A stretch of 64,000 bases of DNA from Vicinamibacteria bacterium. Its GTDB lineage: Bacteria > Acidobacteriota > Vicinamibacteria > Marinacidobacterales > Marinacidobacteraceae. The stretch is taken from contig OY821641.1 of NCBI GenBank assembly GCA_963555995.3, forward strand, positions 3,168,001 through 3,232,000, written 5' to 3'. Shown in pieces: positions 45,517 through 55,724 of this stretch (the first letter of the stretch is position 1; each line of letters begins with the position of its first letter). The position numbers and the translations under genes were made by a program. Under the pieces are notes generated by a model. That model was not told the DNA's origin and did not search any database. It saw only the letters and a program-made list of their open reading frames with translations.

Positions 45517-47291
45517 GCGAGCGGCCCTCGAACGGCAGGGACGCGGGCCGGGGGCTGCTCCGGCGGATGCTGCCCTACCTGCTCCCCTATTGGCCGTTCG
45601 TCTCGCTCGCGGTGCTGCTCGTCCTGATCGGGACCGCGGCGCAGCTCGCCGGGCCGTACCTCACCCGGATCGCGCTCGACGAGTACATCGCCGCCGGGGA
45701 CCTGGAGGGGCTGGTCGGGCTCCTCGGCATCTACGCCGTGATCCTCGCGGTCGGGTTCGGCGGCGCCTACGGACAGGCGTGGATCGTGAACCTGTTCGGC
45801 CAGCGCGTGATGCGCGACATCCGCCGCGACGTCTTCGACCACATCCAGAAGCTCCACACCGGCTGGTTCGACCGCCACCCGATCGGCAAGGTCGTGACCC
45901 GGGCCACCAGCGACGTGGACGCGCTGAACGAGCTGCTGAGTTCGGGCGTGGTCATGATCATCACCGACGTGGTCCTGCTGGTCGGGATCATGGCGGTGCT
46001 CCTCTGGATGAACCCGGCGCTGGCGCTCGTGACCTTCGGGGCGGTCCCGGCGCTCTTCCTCGCGGGCTGGATCTTCCGGCGCCGGATCCGCCCCGCCTTC
46101 CGCCGGGTGCGGGCGGCGGTCGCCTCGGTGAACGCCTTCATCCAGGAGACGCTGACCGGCATGGAGGTGCTCCAGCTCTTCCGGCAGGAGCGGCGCCGGG
46201 CCTGGGAGTACCGGAAGCTGAACCGGGAGCACACCGACGCGCACCTCGACACGGTGATGTGCTTCTCGGTGTTCTACCCGGTGGTGGAGATGATCACCGC
46301 CATCACGGTGGCGCTGATCGTGGGATACGGCGGCTCGCGCATCGGCGACGGGACGCTCACCGTCGGGGCGCTGGTCGCGTTCCTGATGTATTCGGAGATG
46401 TTCTTCCGGCCGATCCGCGACCTGACCGAGAAGTTCAACATCCTGCAGGGGGCGATGGCGGCGTCGGAGCGCATCGTCGAGCTGTTGGACACGGAGCCGG
46501 CCGTCGGGGACGCGCCCGCCGCGCGGCTGCCCGGGCACCGCCACGGGGCGCTGCGGCTCGACGGCGTCTCGTTCGCCTACAACGAGGACGAGTGGGTGCT
46601 GCGGGACATTGACCTCCAGATCGCGCCGGGCGAGACGGTGGCGCTCGTCGGCCACACCGGGTCGGGCAAGACGACCCTCGCCGCGCTGCTGCTCCGGCTC
46701 TACGACGTGCAGCGGGGACGGGTGCTGGTGGACGGCCTCGACGTGCGCGACTGGCGGGTGCCGCAGCTTCGCCGCCAGTTCTCCATGGTCCAGCAGGACG
46801 TGCACCTGTTCTCGGGCACCGTGCTGGACAACATCCGGCTGGGCGACGAGAACATCAGCGAGGAGGCCGCCCGCCGCGCCGCGGAGGCCGCCGAGGTGAC
46901 CGCCTGGGCGAGGAACCTGCCGGATGGACTGGACACCCAGCTCGGCGAACGCGGCGGCGGTCTCTCCCAGGGCCAGCGGCAGCTCGTCGGCATCGCCCGC
47001 GCCATGGCGCGCACCTCGCGGGTGCTGGTGCTCGACGAGGCGACCTCCAGCGTGGACACCGAGACCGAGCGCGCGGTGCAGACCGCGCTCGGCCGGGTGA
47101 TCGAGAACCGCACCAGCCTGGTGATCGCGCACCGGCTCTCCACCATCCGGGGCGCCGACCGGATCGTGGTGCTGCACCGGGGACGGATCCGGGAGACCGG
47201 CACCCACGAGGAGCTGCTCGCCGCCGGCGGCATCTACCGCCGGCTCTACGAACTGCAGTTCGCCGAGGAGGCAATCCTGGCCGCGGGCTGA
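45513..47291 (+). CDS. ABC exporter half (TMD+NBD), MdlB/YheH-like
   Basis: GHTGSGKT, LSQGQRQL, LDEATSSVD; GTGA overlap with the first half. Confidence 0.93.
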   Translation: MSERPSNGRDAGRGLLRRMLPYLLPYWPFVSLAVLLVLIGTAAQLAGPYLTRIALDEYIAAGDLEGLVGLLGIYAVILAVGFGGAYGQAWIVNLFGQRVMRDIRRDVFDHIQKLHTGWFDRHPIGKVVTRATSDVDALNELLSSGVVMIITDVVLLVGIMAVLLWMNPALALVTFGAVPALFLAGWIFRRRIRPAFRRVRAAVASVNAFIQETLTGMEVLQLFRQERRRAWEYRKLNREHTDAHLDTVMCFSVFYPVVEMITAITVALIVGYGGSRIGDGTLTVGALVAFLMYSEMFFRPIRDLTEKFNILQGAMAASERIVELLDTEPAVGDAPAARLPGHRHGALRLDGVSFAYNEDEWVLRDIDLQIAPGETVALVGHTGSGKTTLAALLLRLYDVQRGRVLVDGLDVRDWRVPQLRRQFSMVQQDVHLFSGTVLDNIRLGDENISEEAARRAAEAAEVTAWARNLPDGLDTQLGERGGGLSQGQRQLVGIARAMARTSRVLVLDEATSSVDTETERAVQTALGRVIENRTSLVIAHRLSTIRGADRIVVLHRGRIRETGTHEELLAAGGIYRRLYELQFAEEAILAAG

Positions 47292-47849
47292 TTCCTTGCC
47301 GCCTCGGTGAAACGAGGGCGGCGTTCGACGAGGGATGCCTCCTGGCTGCCCCCACCGGGCAGGGGGTCCGCCGGGCGCCCTGCCCCCGGTTGTCCCGGTG
47401 GGGACCTCGGCGGCCACTGGGGCGCTTGTTGTTCGGGAGTGGCTTGTGAAAAGAGGTTGCAGGGATTCGCTCGAAGCATCCTCGGGCTGTGAGAGGCGGG
47501 CGAACCGCAGAGGCGCGCGGCGCCCGTCTCTCCATTGGTTGGCGCAAAGTTCATTTCCTATAGCGTTTTTTGCATCTTTTGTTCACTGATAAATTGATGC
47601 GGGGGGGTGCTGCCAATACCAACCGGTCGGCCGTTCCGATAGCGACCGACCGAGACGTAATCCATGTCGTTGTCCCCCCCCCGAAAACCAACGATTTGGA
47701 TTCGCGGGGTTGATCGCCGCACCACGGCGGTACCCGCTGGTCCAAGCACGGGCCGCCTGGACACGATCCGCGTCACGGCTCGCCCGACCGTCGTGGGAAG
47801 CTCACACCGTCCGGTCCTGAATCCTGCACCACCAGGACGGACGGTTGAC

Positions 47850-50800
47850 TTGGCGCCTCGTTGCCGCTCTGGGCTGTTGTTGGTCGCAGTCGCAGCGTCG
47901 CTGAGTGGCTTCGCCGCGACAGACGCGGCTGCTCAGCAGTTGGTCCTGTCGCCCACGAGCCTCCAGGTGGACGAGGGCGGCACCGGGAGCTTCACCGTGA
48001 CGCTGAGCGCGCTCCCGACCGATACGGTGACCGTCGCCATCACCGGTTTCAGCGGTACGGACCTGACGTTGGACACCACGAGCCTTTCGTTCACGACCTT
48101 GAACTGGGACGACGCGCAGACGGTCACGGTGACGGCCGCCCAGGATGACGACGCGGCCCTCGACCACAACACCCTGACACTCACCGCGTCGGGCGGCGGC
48201 TTTGACACCGCGACCCAGATCGGCGTAAGGATCAACGACGATGATGACGCGACGCTGGTCCTGTCGCCCGGCTTCGACGTGGACGAGGGCGACACCGGGA
48301 GCTTCACCGTGACGCTGAGCGCGCTGCCGACCGATACGGTGACCGTCTCCATCACCGGTTTCAGCGGTACGGACCTGACGTTGGACGAAACGAGCCTTAC
48401 CTTCACGACCTCGAACTGGGACGACGCGCAGACGGTCACGGTGACGGCCGCCCAGGATGACGACGCGGCCCTCGACATCGTCATCCTGACGCTCAGTGCG
48501 TCGGGCGGCGGCTTTGACACCGCGAACCAGATCGGCGTGCGGATCCTCGACGATGATCAGGCGACGCTGGTCCTGTCATCCGCAAGCTTCCGCGTGGACG
48601 AGGGTGGCACCGGGAGCTTCACCGTGAAGCTGAGCGCGGAGCCGACCGGGACCGTGACCGTCACCATCACCGGTTTCAGCGGCACGGACCTGACGTTGGA
48701 CAACACGAGCCTTTCGTTCACGACCTCGAACTGGAACGACGCGCAGACGGTCACGGTGACGGCGGCCCACGATGACGACGCCGTCAACGATTTCATCCCC
48801 CTGACGCTCAGTGCGTCGGGCGGCGGCTTTGACACCGCGAACCAGACCGGCGTGCGGATCCTCGACGATGAGGAGGCGAGGCTGGTCCTGGCGCCTTTGA
48901 GCTTCCGCGTGGCCGAGGGCGGCGCCGGGAGCTTCACCGTGAAGCTGAGCGCGGAGCCGACCGGGACCGTGACCGTCACCATCACCGGTTTCAGCGGTAC
49001 GGACCTGACGTTGGACAAAACGAGCCTTACCTTCACGACCTCGAACTGGAACGACGCGCAGGCGGTCACGGTGACGGCGGCCCAGGATGACAACGCCGTC
49101 AACGAATTCATCGCCCTGAAGCTCACTCCGTCGGGCGGCGGCTTTACCCTCTCCAACCGGAGAGGCGTGCGGGTCCTCGACGATGAGGAGGCGACGCTGG
49201 TCCTGTCATCCACGAGCTTCGGCGTGGACGAGGGCGGCGCCGGGAGCTTCACCGTGACGCTGGGCGCGCAGCCGACCGGGACCGGGACCGTGACCGTCAC
49301 CATCACCGGTTTCAGCGGTACGGACCTGACGTTGGACAAAACGAGCCTTACCTTCACGACCGCGAACTGGAACAACGCGCAGACGGTCACGGTGACGGCG
49401 GCCCAGGATGACGACGCGGTCCTCGACAACGTCACCCTGACGCTCACTCCGTCGGGCGGCGGCTTTGACACCTCGAACGAGATCGACGTGCGGATCCTCG
49501 ACGACGACGCACTCCCACCACCACCGACCAACGGTCCGCCTCGGGTCTCGGCCTCCTGCGACCCGTGCAAAGTGCGGCCCGGCGGGAGGACGGAATTGAC
49601 GGCGAGGGCATCGGACCCGGACGGCGATCCGCTCACGTACGTTTGGCGTGCGCCGGCCGGCCGCTTCGAGGGGGCGACCGACGCGGCGACGGCGCGCTGG
49701 GCGGCGCCGGAGGCGGCCGGCCGATTCACGATCCGGGTGCGGGTCTCCGATGGGGACGGCGGCTCTGCTTCAGCCACGGTGACGATCGAGGTTGTGAACG
49801 AGCCGCCGGCGTTCGATTCATCCGAGTATGCCTTCAACCTGCGGGAGAACGTGGACGGTAGCCGGCTGCCGGTGGTTGTCGGCTCGGTGGTGTCGGAGGA
49901 CCCGGACGGCGACGAACTCGGCTACGAACTGGCGTCCGGGGATGCGTCGCGCTTCGCGGTCGGGGAGCGGGACGGCGTGCTGCGCTACGGAGGTCCCGGC
50001 GAGGACTTCGAGTCGGAGCCAACCCGGTACGAATTGGTCTTGCGCGTCAGCGACCCGTACGGCGCGGCGGCGACTGCCCGCGTGGTGGTGACGGTCGTCG
50101 ACGTGAACGAGCCGCCGGAGGCGGTCGGGGTGATCCCGAACCAGGCGCTCGACGAGGGGGGCGATATGAAGACGGTGGAGTTGGCGCCGTTCTTCGCCGA
50201 CCAGGACGGGGACGCGCTGGCATACCGCGCATCGTCGTCGGACCCGTCGGTCGTGGCGGCAACTGCGGCGGGCGCGGTGCTGACGCTGGCGCCGCTCCAG
50301 TACGGGGATGCGACGGTGACAGTAACGGCGGAGGACGGGGAGGGCCTGGCAACGGCGCAGACGTTCGTGGTGGGGGTGAGCGACCGCCTGGTGCGCGATG
50401 TGGTGCGGAACACGCTGGCGGCGATGACCCGATCGCAGTTGGCGAGCGCACGGGGGGCGCTGGGCCGGCGGGTGAGGGCGGGACGGACGGAGGCGTCGCG
50501 GCTGTCGGTCCAGGGGCGTCGAGTGCCGCTGGACCAGGGGGCGGTGCGCGCGGAGGCGGCCCGGGTGCTGTCGGGTTTGCTGTCGTCATGGACGACCCCG
50601 CATGGAGGCTTGGGCAACGGGCCGGCGTTGGGGTCGGCGGCGACGAGCCCGAGGCGCTCGGCGACCATCGAGCCGGGGGGCCGCATGGCGACGCTTCCGG
50701 TAGCCTCGGGAGCTTCGCTGGCGGCGCACCCACTGCGCGCATCCGAGTTCCTCCTGTCATTGGGCGGCGGCCAGGATGCCGAAGAAGGCCACGGACCAGG

Positions 50801-51797
50801 GCGGCGATGGCGAGTCTGGGGCCAAGGCGACATCCAGACGTTCCAGGGCGCACCATCGGGCGCCACCAGTTACGACGGCGACCTGCGGACCGGCTACCTG
50901 GGCGTTGACACGCAGGTGACGGACCGCTGGCTGGCGGGCGTGGCGGCAGCGCATGGCCGTGGCGACGGAAACTGGCGCGCGGGCGGGACGGGAGGGTCGC
51001 TGCGGACGATGCTGACGGCCGTTCATCCTTACGTGCAGTGGTCGGACGGGACGACATCGGTTTGGGCGGCAGCCGGCGCTGGTCGGGGCGAGGCGGAAAA
51101 CCTGCGCCGGAGCGGTCGTGCGGGCACGAGCGGACTGGGCCTGCGCCTCGGACTGGTCGAACTGACGCGGCCGCTGGACGCGCGGATCGGCGGCCTGGAG
51201 TTCGCAGTACGGGCCGACGCGGCGTGGGCGGAGCTGCGGACGGACTCGGGCGGGGAGAGCATTGACGGCCAGGCGGCGGCGGTGAACCAGTTGCGCGCCG
51301 GAGCGGAGGTATCGCTACCGGTCCGGTTGGGCGCGGTCCGCCTCGCCGCGTTCGGTGAAGCGCACGCGCGGCGCGACGGCGGTGCGGGCCAGGCGGGTGA
51401 AGGCATTGAGATAGCCGGGGGGCTGCGTGCGGCGGGAGCCGGGGTGCGCGTCGTTGTCCAGGGCCGGATGCTGGGGGTGCACTCGGCGGCGGACTACCGC
51501 GAGCGGGGTGTCGGCGTGACCTTCAGCGTCGGCGGCCAGGACCGGGAGGGGCTGTCGCTGCAGGTGTCGCCGCGCTGGGGAGACACCGTCGCGAGCGGCG
51601 GCGCGCTGTGGCAGGAGCGAGTCCACCGCCATTACCACCTGTCCGGCACGAGGCGGGACGAGTGGTCGCTGGACGCGCGCGGCGCCTACGGTACGCGGTT
51701 GCCGAGCGGCCGGGAGCTGACCTTGACCGGCTCGCTGAGCCACTCGGTCTTCGGCCGCCGTCTTCTGGTCGGCGCGCAGCTCGGCGCCCGTCATTGA
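47850..51797 (+). CDS. Autotransporter-like adhesin: five Calx-beta/Ig-like repeats, PKD- and cadherin-like domains, C-terminal beta-barrel
   Basis: Signal-like segment ending AAAQQ; repeats; DPDGDPLTY, FNLREN..DPDGD, DVNEPP; WRVWGQG barrel start. Start is uncertain (TTG 47850 or ATG 47664). Confidence 0.8.
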   Translation: MAPRCRSGLLLVAVAASLSGFAATDAAAQQLVLSPTSLQVDEGGTGSFTVTLSALPTDTVTVAITGFSGTDLTLDTTSLSFTTLNWDDAQTVTVTAAQDDDAALDHNTLTLTASGGGFDTATQIGVRINDDDDATLVLSPGFDVDEGDTGSFTVTLSALPTDTVTVSITGFSGTDLTLDETSLTFTTSNWDDAQTVTVTAAQDDDAALDIVILTLSASGGGFDTANQIGVRILDDDQATLVLSSASFRVDEGGTGSFTVKLSAEPTGTVTVTITGFSGTDLTLDNTSLSFTTSNWNDAQTVTVTAAHDDDAVNDFIPLTLSASGGGFDTANQTGVRILDDEEARLVLAPLSFRVAEGGAGSFTVKLSAEPTGTVTVTITGFSGTDLTLDKTSLTFTTSNWNDAQAVTVTAAQDDNAVNEFIALKLTPSGGGFTLSNRRGVRVLDDEEATLVLSSTSFGVDEGGAGSFTVTLGAQPTGTGTVTVTITGFSGTDLTLDKTSLTFTTANWNNAQTVTVTAAQDDDAVLDNVTLTLTPSGGGFDTSNEIDVRILDDDALPPPPTNGPPRVSASCDPCKVRPGGRTELTARASDPDGDPLTYVWRAPAGRFEGATDAATARWAAPEAAGRFTIRVRVSDGDGGSASATVTIEVVNEPPAFDSSEYAFNLRENVDGSRLPVVVGSVVSEDPDGDELGYELASGDASRFAVGERDGVLRYGGPGEDFESEPTRYELVLRVSDPYGAAATARVVVTVVDVNEPPEAVGVIPNQALDEGGDMKTVELAPFFADQDGDALAYRASSSDPSVVAATAAGAVLTLAPLQYGDATVTVTAEDGEGLATAQTFVVGVSDRLVRDVVRNTLAAMTRSQLASARGALGRRVRAGRTEASRLSVQGRRVPLDQGAVRAEAARVLSGLLSSWTTPHGGLGNGPALGSAATSPRRSATIEPGGRMATLPVASGASLAAHPLRASEFLLSLGGGQDAEEGHGPGRRWRVWGQGDIQTFQGAPSGATSYDGDLRTGYLGVDTQVTDRWLAGVAAAHGRGDGNWRAGGTGGSLRTMLTAVHPYVQWSDGTTSVWAAAGAGRGEAENLRRSGRAGTSGLGLRLGLVELTRPLDARIGGLEFAVRADAAWAELRTDSGGESIDGQAAAVNQLRAGAEVSLPVRLGAVRLAAFGEAHARRDGGAGQAGEGIEIAGGLRAAGAGVRVVVQGRMLGVHSAADYRERGVGVTFSVGGQDREGLSLQVSPRWGDTVASGGALWQERVHRHYHLSGTRRDEWSLDARGAYGTRLPSGRELTLTGSLSHSVFGRRLLVGAQLGARH
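47940..49509 (+). repeat. Five tandem 312-315-bp coding repeats
   Basis: Units start at about 47940, 48255, 48567, 48882 and 49197 and have very high DNA similarity. Confidence 0.92.
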
Positions 51798-51919
51798 CGG
51801 CGGCGGGCCGAGGGCCATCGGGCAGCTCGGCGTCCGCGCTCGGATCGTCCTGCGGAACACGGTGGAAGGCCGGGCTTTCTGCGCGTCGCACCAGAGCCGG
51901 GTGGTCCTGCCCGCGGCCC

Positions 51920-52120
51920 GATCGTCTGCCTCGACGACACGCTCCGGCGGCTGGACCTCGGCGAAGGACGCGGACATGATCTATCCGCTCGATGCCGACG
52001 AGACCGGGCCCCCAGGTCGTCGAGACCGACGCCCACGAGGAGCCGCTCGCCGCTGGCGGCAGCTACCGGCAATTCCATGAGTTCGCGTTCGCCGAGGAGG
52101 CGATCCTCGTCGCGGGTTGA
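51920..52120 (+). pseudogene. Degenerate duplicate of the ABC exporter 3' ends
   Basis: 51963-52025 resembles 45360-45425; 52022-52120 resembles 47193-47291, including the stop codon. Confidence 0.7.
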
Positions 52121-52122
52121 TA

Positions 52123-52563
52123 ATGCGGGACGTGACCGAACCACTCACTCTCGATCAGGCCGGGGTGCTGGAGGTGCTGCCGCACCGGGAGCCGTTCCTC
52201 TTCGTGCACGGGGTCTCGGATCTCGTGCCGGGGAAGAGCGCGCGGGGGTTCGTGACCGTGCCGGCCGACCACCCGTACACGTTCGGCCAGCCGCACGTCC
52301 CGGCGGGGCTCATCATCGAGGCGATGGCCCAGCTCGGCGGCATCGCGATGCTCTACGAGCGGCGCGACGAGAACATCGTGGCCCTCTTCCGCTCGGTGGC
52401 CGATTTCACGATGGAACGGACGGTCGGCTTCGGCGAACGCCTCGACCTCCACGCCGAGGTCGGGCGCATCCGGGGGCCGTTTGCCGAAGTGAAGACGTCG
52501 GCGAGCACCGGCGGGGACCCAATCGCCTCCGCCACCCTCGCCTTCGCGCTCCCGAAGGAATAG
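52123..52563 (+). CDS. FabZ/FabA-like hotdog-fold dehydratase
   Basis: VLPHREPFLFV and PAGLIIEAMAQ. Confidence 0.8.
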   Translation: MRDVTEPLTLDQAGVLEVLPHREPFLFVHGVSDLVPGKSARGFVTVPADHPYTFGQPHVPAGLIIEAMAQLGGIAMLYERRDENIVALFRSVADFTMERTVGFGERLDLHAEVGRIRGPFAEVKTSASTGGDPIASATLAFALPKE

Positions 52564-52642
52564 CAAGAATCTCTCGGTTCCATGGCCGGTTTCCGCGACA
52601 ACCCCGCCCGTCCGCCAACCTTCGCGATGGCAGCGCCGGCCT

Positions 52643-52799
52643 GGAACGCCGGCTTCAGCCGGCACAGCCCGCCGCAGGCGGGCGGCGGGACGGACCTCAT
52701 GCGCCAGGATGGCTCGGCCGCGCGCGCCAGTGCACCCGCCGGTAGCGACGAACCGCCCGCGGCCCATCGGGCCGCTGTGCCGGCTGAAGCCGGCGTTCC
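52643..52799. repeat. REPIN-like inverted REP doublet
   Basis: GGAACGCCGGCTTCAGCCGGCAC and its reverse complement; the right half matches ~40757-40813. Confidence 0.88.
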
Positions 52800-52886
52800 A
52801 AGCCGGCGACGCCATCACGGCACTTGGCCAACCCCGCAGGATTGCACCTTCACGGCGAACCGGGTCACGCCGACCTTCGCGCTGCC

Positions 52887-53216
52887 TCAGTGACGGATGT
52901 AGTACCGCACGGACAGCGCGATCCCGATCAGCAACGGAACAAGGGTTCCGGCCTTCGTCCAGGACAACGTCTTCTCCGGCGGCCAGTCCGGGAATGCCCA
53001 CCAGAGCGTCAGGTTGAAAGCGAGGGACAGGGCGGCGCCGGGAGCCAGGCGCCACCCCATGGCCCGATTGAAGCGGTACCAGTCCTCCGGATCCGAGAGG
53101 GTGTCTTCCGTCCGGAAGCCGATGATCCCGTTGGGGGGGATCCTGCCCTGGATGAACAGCGTGGAGAGCGCCAGGATCGCCAGCGGAACGACGTAGCCGA
53201 TCAGGAGGGTTTCCAT
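52887..53216 (-). CDS. SdpI-family membrane protein
   Basis: IPPNGIIGFRT..TLSDPEDWYRFNR with three hydrophobic segments. Confidence 0.8.
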   Translation of the reverse strand: METLLIGYVVPLAILALSTLFIQGRIPPNGIIGFRTEDTLSDPEDWYRFNRAMGWRLAPGAALSLAFNLTLWWAFPDWPPEKTLSWTKAGTLVPLLIGIALSVRYYIRH

Positions 53217-53266
53217 GTTCGGCCAATACAGTACGCGTTGTCCCGGCGCACCGTAGATTTGCCGCA

Positions 53267-54547
53267 ATGACGCTCCCTTCACCAACCGCCCGCCGCGCCC
53301 TCGGGTTGGCCGCCGCCGCGCTGGCGGTGGCCGCGATGGCCGCCGGTCAGGACGACTGGCGCGGATTCCGCGGTCCGCACCGGGACGGGCGGGTCACGGG
53401 ATGGCCGGAGGCGATGGGCGATCCGAACGGGTGGCCGGAATCGCTGGAGCAGCGGTGGCGGATTCCGGTCGGGCTCGGCCACGCGAGCCCGGTGGTCCAC
53501 GACGGGACCGTCTTCGTCTTCACCCGCGAGGGCGGCGAGGAGGTCCTCCGGGCGCTGCGGCCCGCGGACGGGAGCGAGGTGTGGCGCACTTCCTACCCGG
53601 CGCCGTACACCATGAACCCGGCCGCCTTGGGTCACGGCCCGGGCCCGAAGGCGACCCCGGACATCGCCGCCGGCAGGATCTTCACCCTCGGGATCTCGGG
53701 CATCCTCTCCGCGTGGGACACCGGGGACGGCTCGCTGCTCTGGCGCCGCCCGCCGGACCCGCGCTTCGGCGGCGTCGAAGCACCGCTCTTCGGGGCCGGC
53801 AGCTCTCCGGGCGCGTCGCCCGCGGGTGACGTGGTGCTGGCCCACCTCGGCGGGCCGGACAACGGGACGTTCGCCGTGCTCGCCGCCGCGACCGGCGACA
53901 CGGTGTGGGAACACTTTGGCGACGGTCCCGCCTACGTCTCGCCGACCGTGGTGGAGGTGGCCGGGGTCCAGGCGATCCCGACCATGACCGAGGAGCGCAT
54001 CGTCCTCCTCGCCGCCGACGGCCGGGTCCTCTGGGAGATGCCCTTCACCACCCCCTACGACCAGAACATCGTCAACCCGGTCGTGCTGCCCGGGGGCGAG
54101 GTGGTGATCTTCGCGGGGCTCGGGAGCCCGACCTTCGCGGTGCGGTTCCGCGAGGCGTCGGACGGCTCGCTTTCCGGGGAAACGGTCTGGGAGGCCGGCG
54201 AGAGTCCTTTCTACATGAGCAATCCCGTCCTCGCCGGCGACCGCCTGATCGGGTTCTCCGAGCGCAACAGCGGCCAGTTCGTCGCCATGGACCCCCGGAC
54301 CGGAGCGGACATCTGGCGATCCGCGCCCCGGCGGGGCGAAAACGCCGCGCTCCTGGTGGCCGGCAGCGCCGTCCTCGCGCTCACCGACCAGGCCGAACTC
54401 CTCGTCCTGGATCCGGCCGCTTCGACCTTCGATCCGCTCCGCCGCTACGAGGTCGCGCCCAGCCCGACCTGGGCGCATCCGGTCCCGCTCGGGGACGGCC
54501 TCCTCGTCAAGGACGAGACCCACCTGACGCGCTGGGACTTCCGCTGA
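53267..54547 (+). CDS. Secreted PQQ-like beta-propeller protein
   Basis: Signal peptide, DWRGFRGPHRDG, repeated A.D..TG...W motifs, TWAHPV. Confidence 0.88.
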   Translation: MTLPSPTARRALGLAAAALAVAAMAAGQDDWRGFRGPHRDGRVTGWPEAMGDPNGWPESLEQRWRIPVGLGHASPVVHDGTVFVFTREGGEEVLRALRPADGSEVWRTSYPAPYTMNPAALGHGPGPKATPDIAAGRIFTLGISGILSAWDTGDGSLLWRRPPDPRFGGVEAPLFGAGSSPGASPAGDVVLAHLGGPDNGTFAVLAAATGDTVWEHFGDGPAYVSPTVVEVAGVQAIPTMTEERIVLLAADGRVLWEMPFTTPYDQNIVNPVVLPGGEVVIFAGLGSPTFAVRFREASDGSLSGETVWEAGESPFYMSNPVLAGDRLIGFSERNSGQFVAMDPRTGADIWRSAPRRGENAALLVAGSAVLALTDQAELLVLDPAASTFDPLRRYEVAPSPTWAHPVPLGDGLLVKDETHLTRWDFR

Positions 54548-54589
54548 GTAGCGGACTCCGACCCCACACCGCTCGGTAGACTGCGGCCA

Positions 54590-54928
54590 GTGACTGAGCG
54601 GACGAGGGCGTTCCTGCGGGGGATGGGTAGCCTGTTGGATCTCTACCCCGATCCCCACCTTTACGAGGACCTGATCCCGAAGGGGACGGCTGAGCAGCGC
54701 CTCGCCGGACATTGGTAACGCGTCGGGCAGTACGCGGCGGAGACGAGGCGCGGGCAGTACTTCGGTTTCGCCGCGGCGTTGGCCGCAATGGGCGCGACGG
54801 CCTATCTAGGACATCTGGGGCACGCCGTAGCGGCGGGGGTCGTGGGCGGGATGAGCGTAGTGGGACTTGCGACGGCCTTCGTGATCGGAGGGCGTCGCGC
54901 TTTGACGGACCGGGACGGCCCTGGATAA
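54590..54928 (+). pseudogene. Remnant resembling a small ORF fused to a DUF2335-like C-terminus
   Basis: AFLRGMGSLLDL...W*RVGQY...RRGQYFGF followed by two TM segments; in-frame TAA at 54716-54718. Confidence 0.4.
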
Positions 54929-55022
54929 CCCGCCTTCCGGGCTTCGCCGGAAGGGCACATCGAAGGTCTCTGGAGCATCAGGGTAGAAGTGCTACCTTGC
55001 CTTCTACCTTCGGGGGCGCCAC

Positions 55023-55280
55023 GTGAGTCTGAACATCAAGCGGGAAGAGACCTGCCGGCTGGCCGCGGAACAGGCCGCGCTGACCGGCGAGAACCGGACC
55101 GAGGCGATCACCGTCGCGTTGCGCGAGCGCCTGGAGCGCGTCCGGCGCGAGCGGACGGTCGAGGCCCGGATCCGGGAGTTGGAGACCATCGCCCGGCGCT
55201 GCGCCAGCCTGATGGGGCCGGGGCCGGGTTCCACGGACCACGGCGACTGGCTCTACGACGAGCGGGGGCTCCCGAAGTGA
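55023..55280 (+). CDS. VapB-type antitoxin (Rv0623-like)
   Basis: MSLNIKREET..LA...TGENRTEAITVALRERL...LYDERGLP. Confidence 0.88.
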   Translation: MSLNIKREETCRLAAEQAALTGENRTEAITVALRERLERVRRERTVEARIRELETIARRCASLMGPGPGSTDHGDWLYDERGLPK

Positions 55281-55349
55281 CCCTGGACACCCCCGGCCGG
55301 CGCGATTGTGGGCAACGACTTCGCCCGGACGGACGTTCGGACCGCCTGA
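55277..55349 (+). pseudogene. VapC toxin remnant (internal deletion)
   Basis: GTG overlapping the vapB stop gives VTLDT, followed closely by VGNDFARTDVRTA*; these are the two ends of a PIN toxin. Confidence 0.7.
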
Positions 55350-55374
55350 CTCCTCGGTAGCGAGTCGTCCGCAG

Positions 55375-55689
55375 TCAGACGACCGCGAACTCCGGCGGGG
55401 CGGACCCGGACCAGAGGGGCTCGACCTCGATCTCGGCTTCGCGCTGGCGGACCTGCGCCAGATCGTAGGCGGCCTGCATCCGGGACCAGATTTCCGGGCC
55501 GGTGCGGAACGCCTTGCCGAGACGAATGGCCATCTCGGGCGAAATGCCGGCTCGGCAGTTCACGATGTCAGAGAGCTGGCGGCGGCTGACTCCCAGGCGC
55601 CGCGCCGCCTCCGTCACCGTCAGCCCGAGCGGCTCGAGGCAGTCGTGCCGCACGATCTCTCCGGGATGGCAAGGATTCTTCATCGACAT
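55375..55689 (-). CDS. higA: HigA-family antitoxin (orphan)
   Basis: [35 protein letters not shown]...ISPEMAIRL. Confidence 0.9.
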   Translation of the reverse strand: MSMKNPCHPGEIVRHDCLEPLGLTVTEAARRLGVSRRQLSDIVNCRAGISPEMAIRLGKAFRTGPEIWSRMQAAYDLAQVRQREAEIEVEPLWSGSAPPEFAVV

Positions 55690-55724
55690 GACCTTCATAG
55701 CTTTCCATCTCCGGCCCCTGATCG

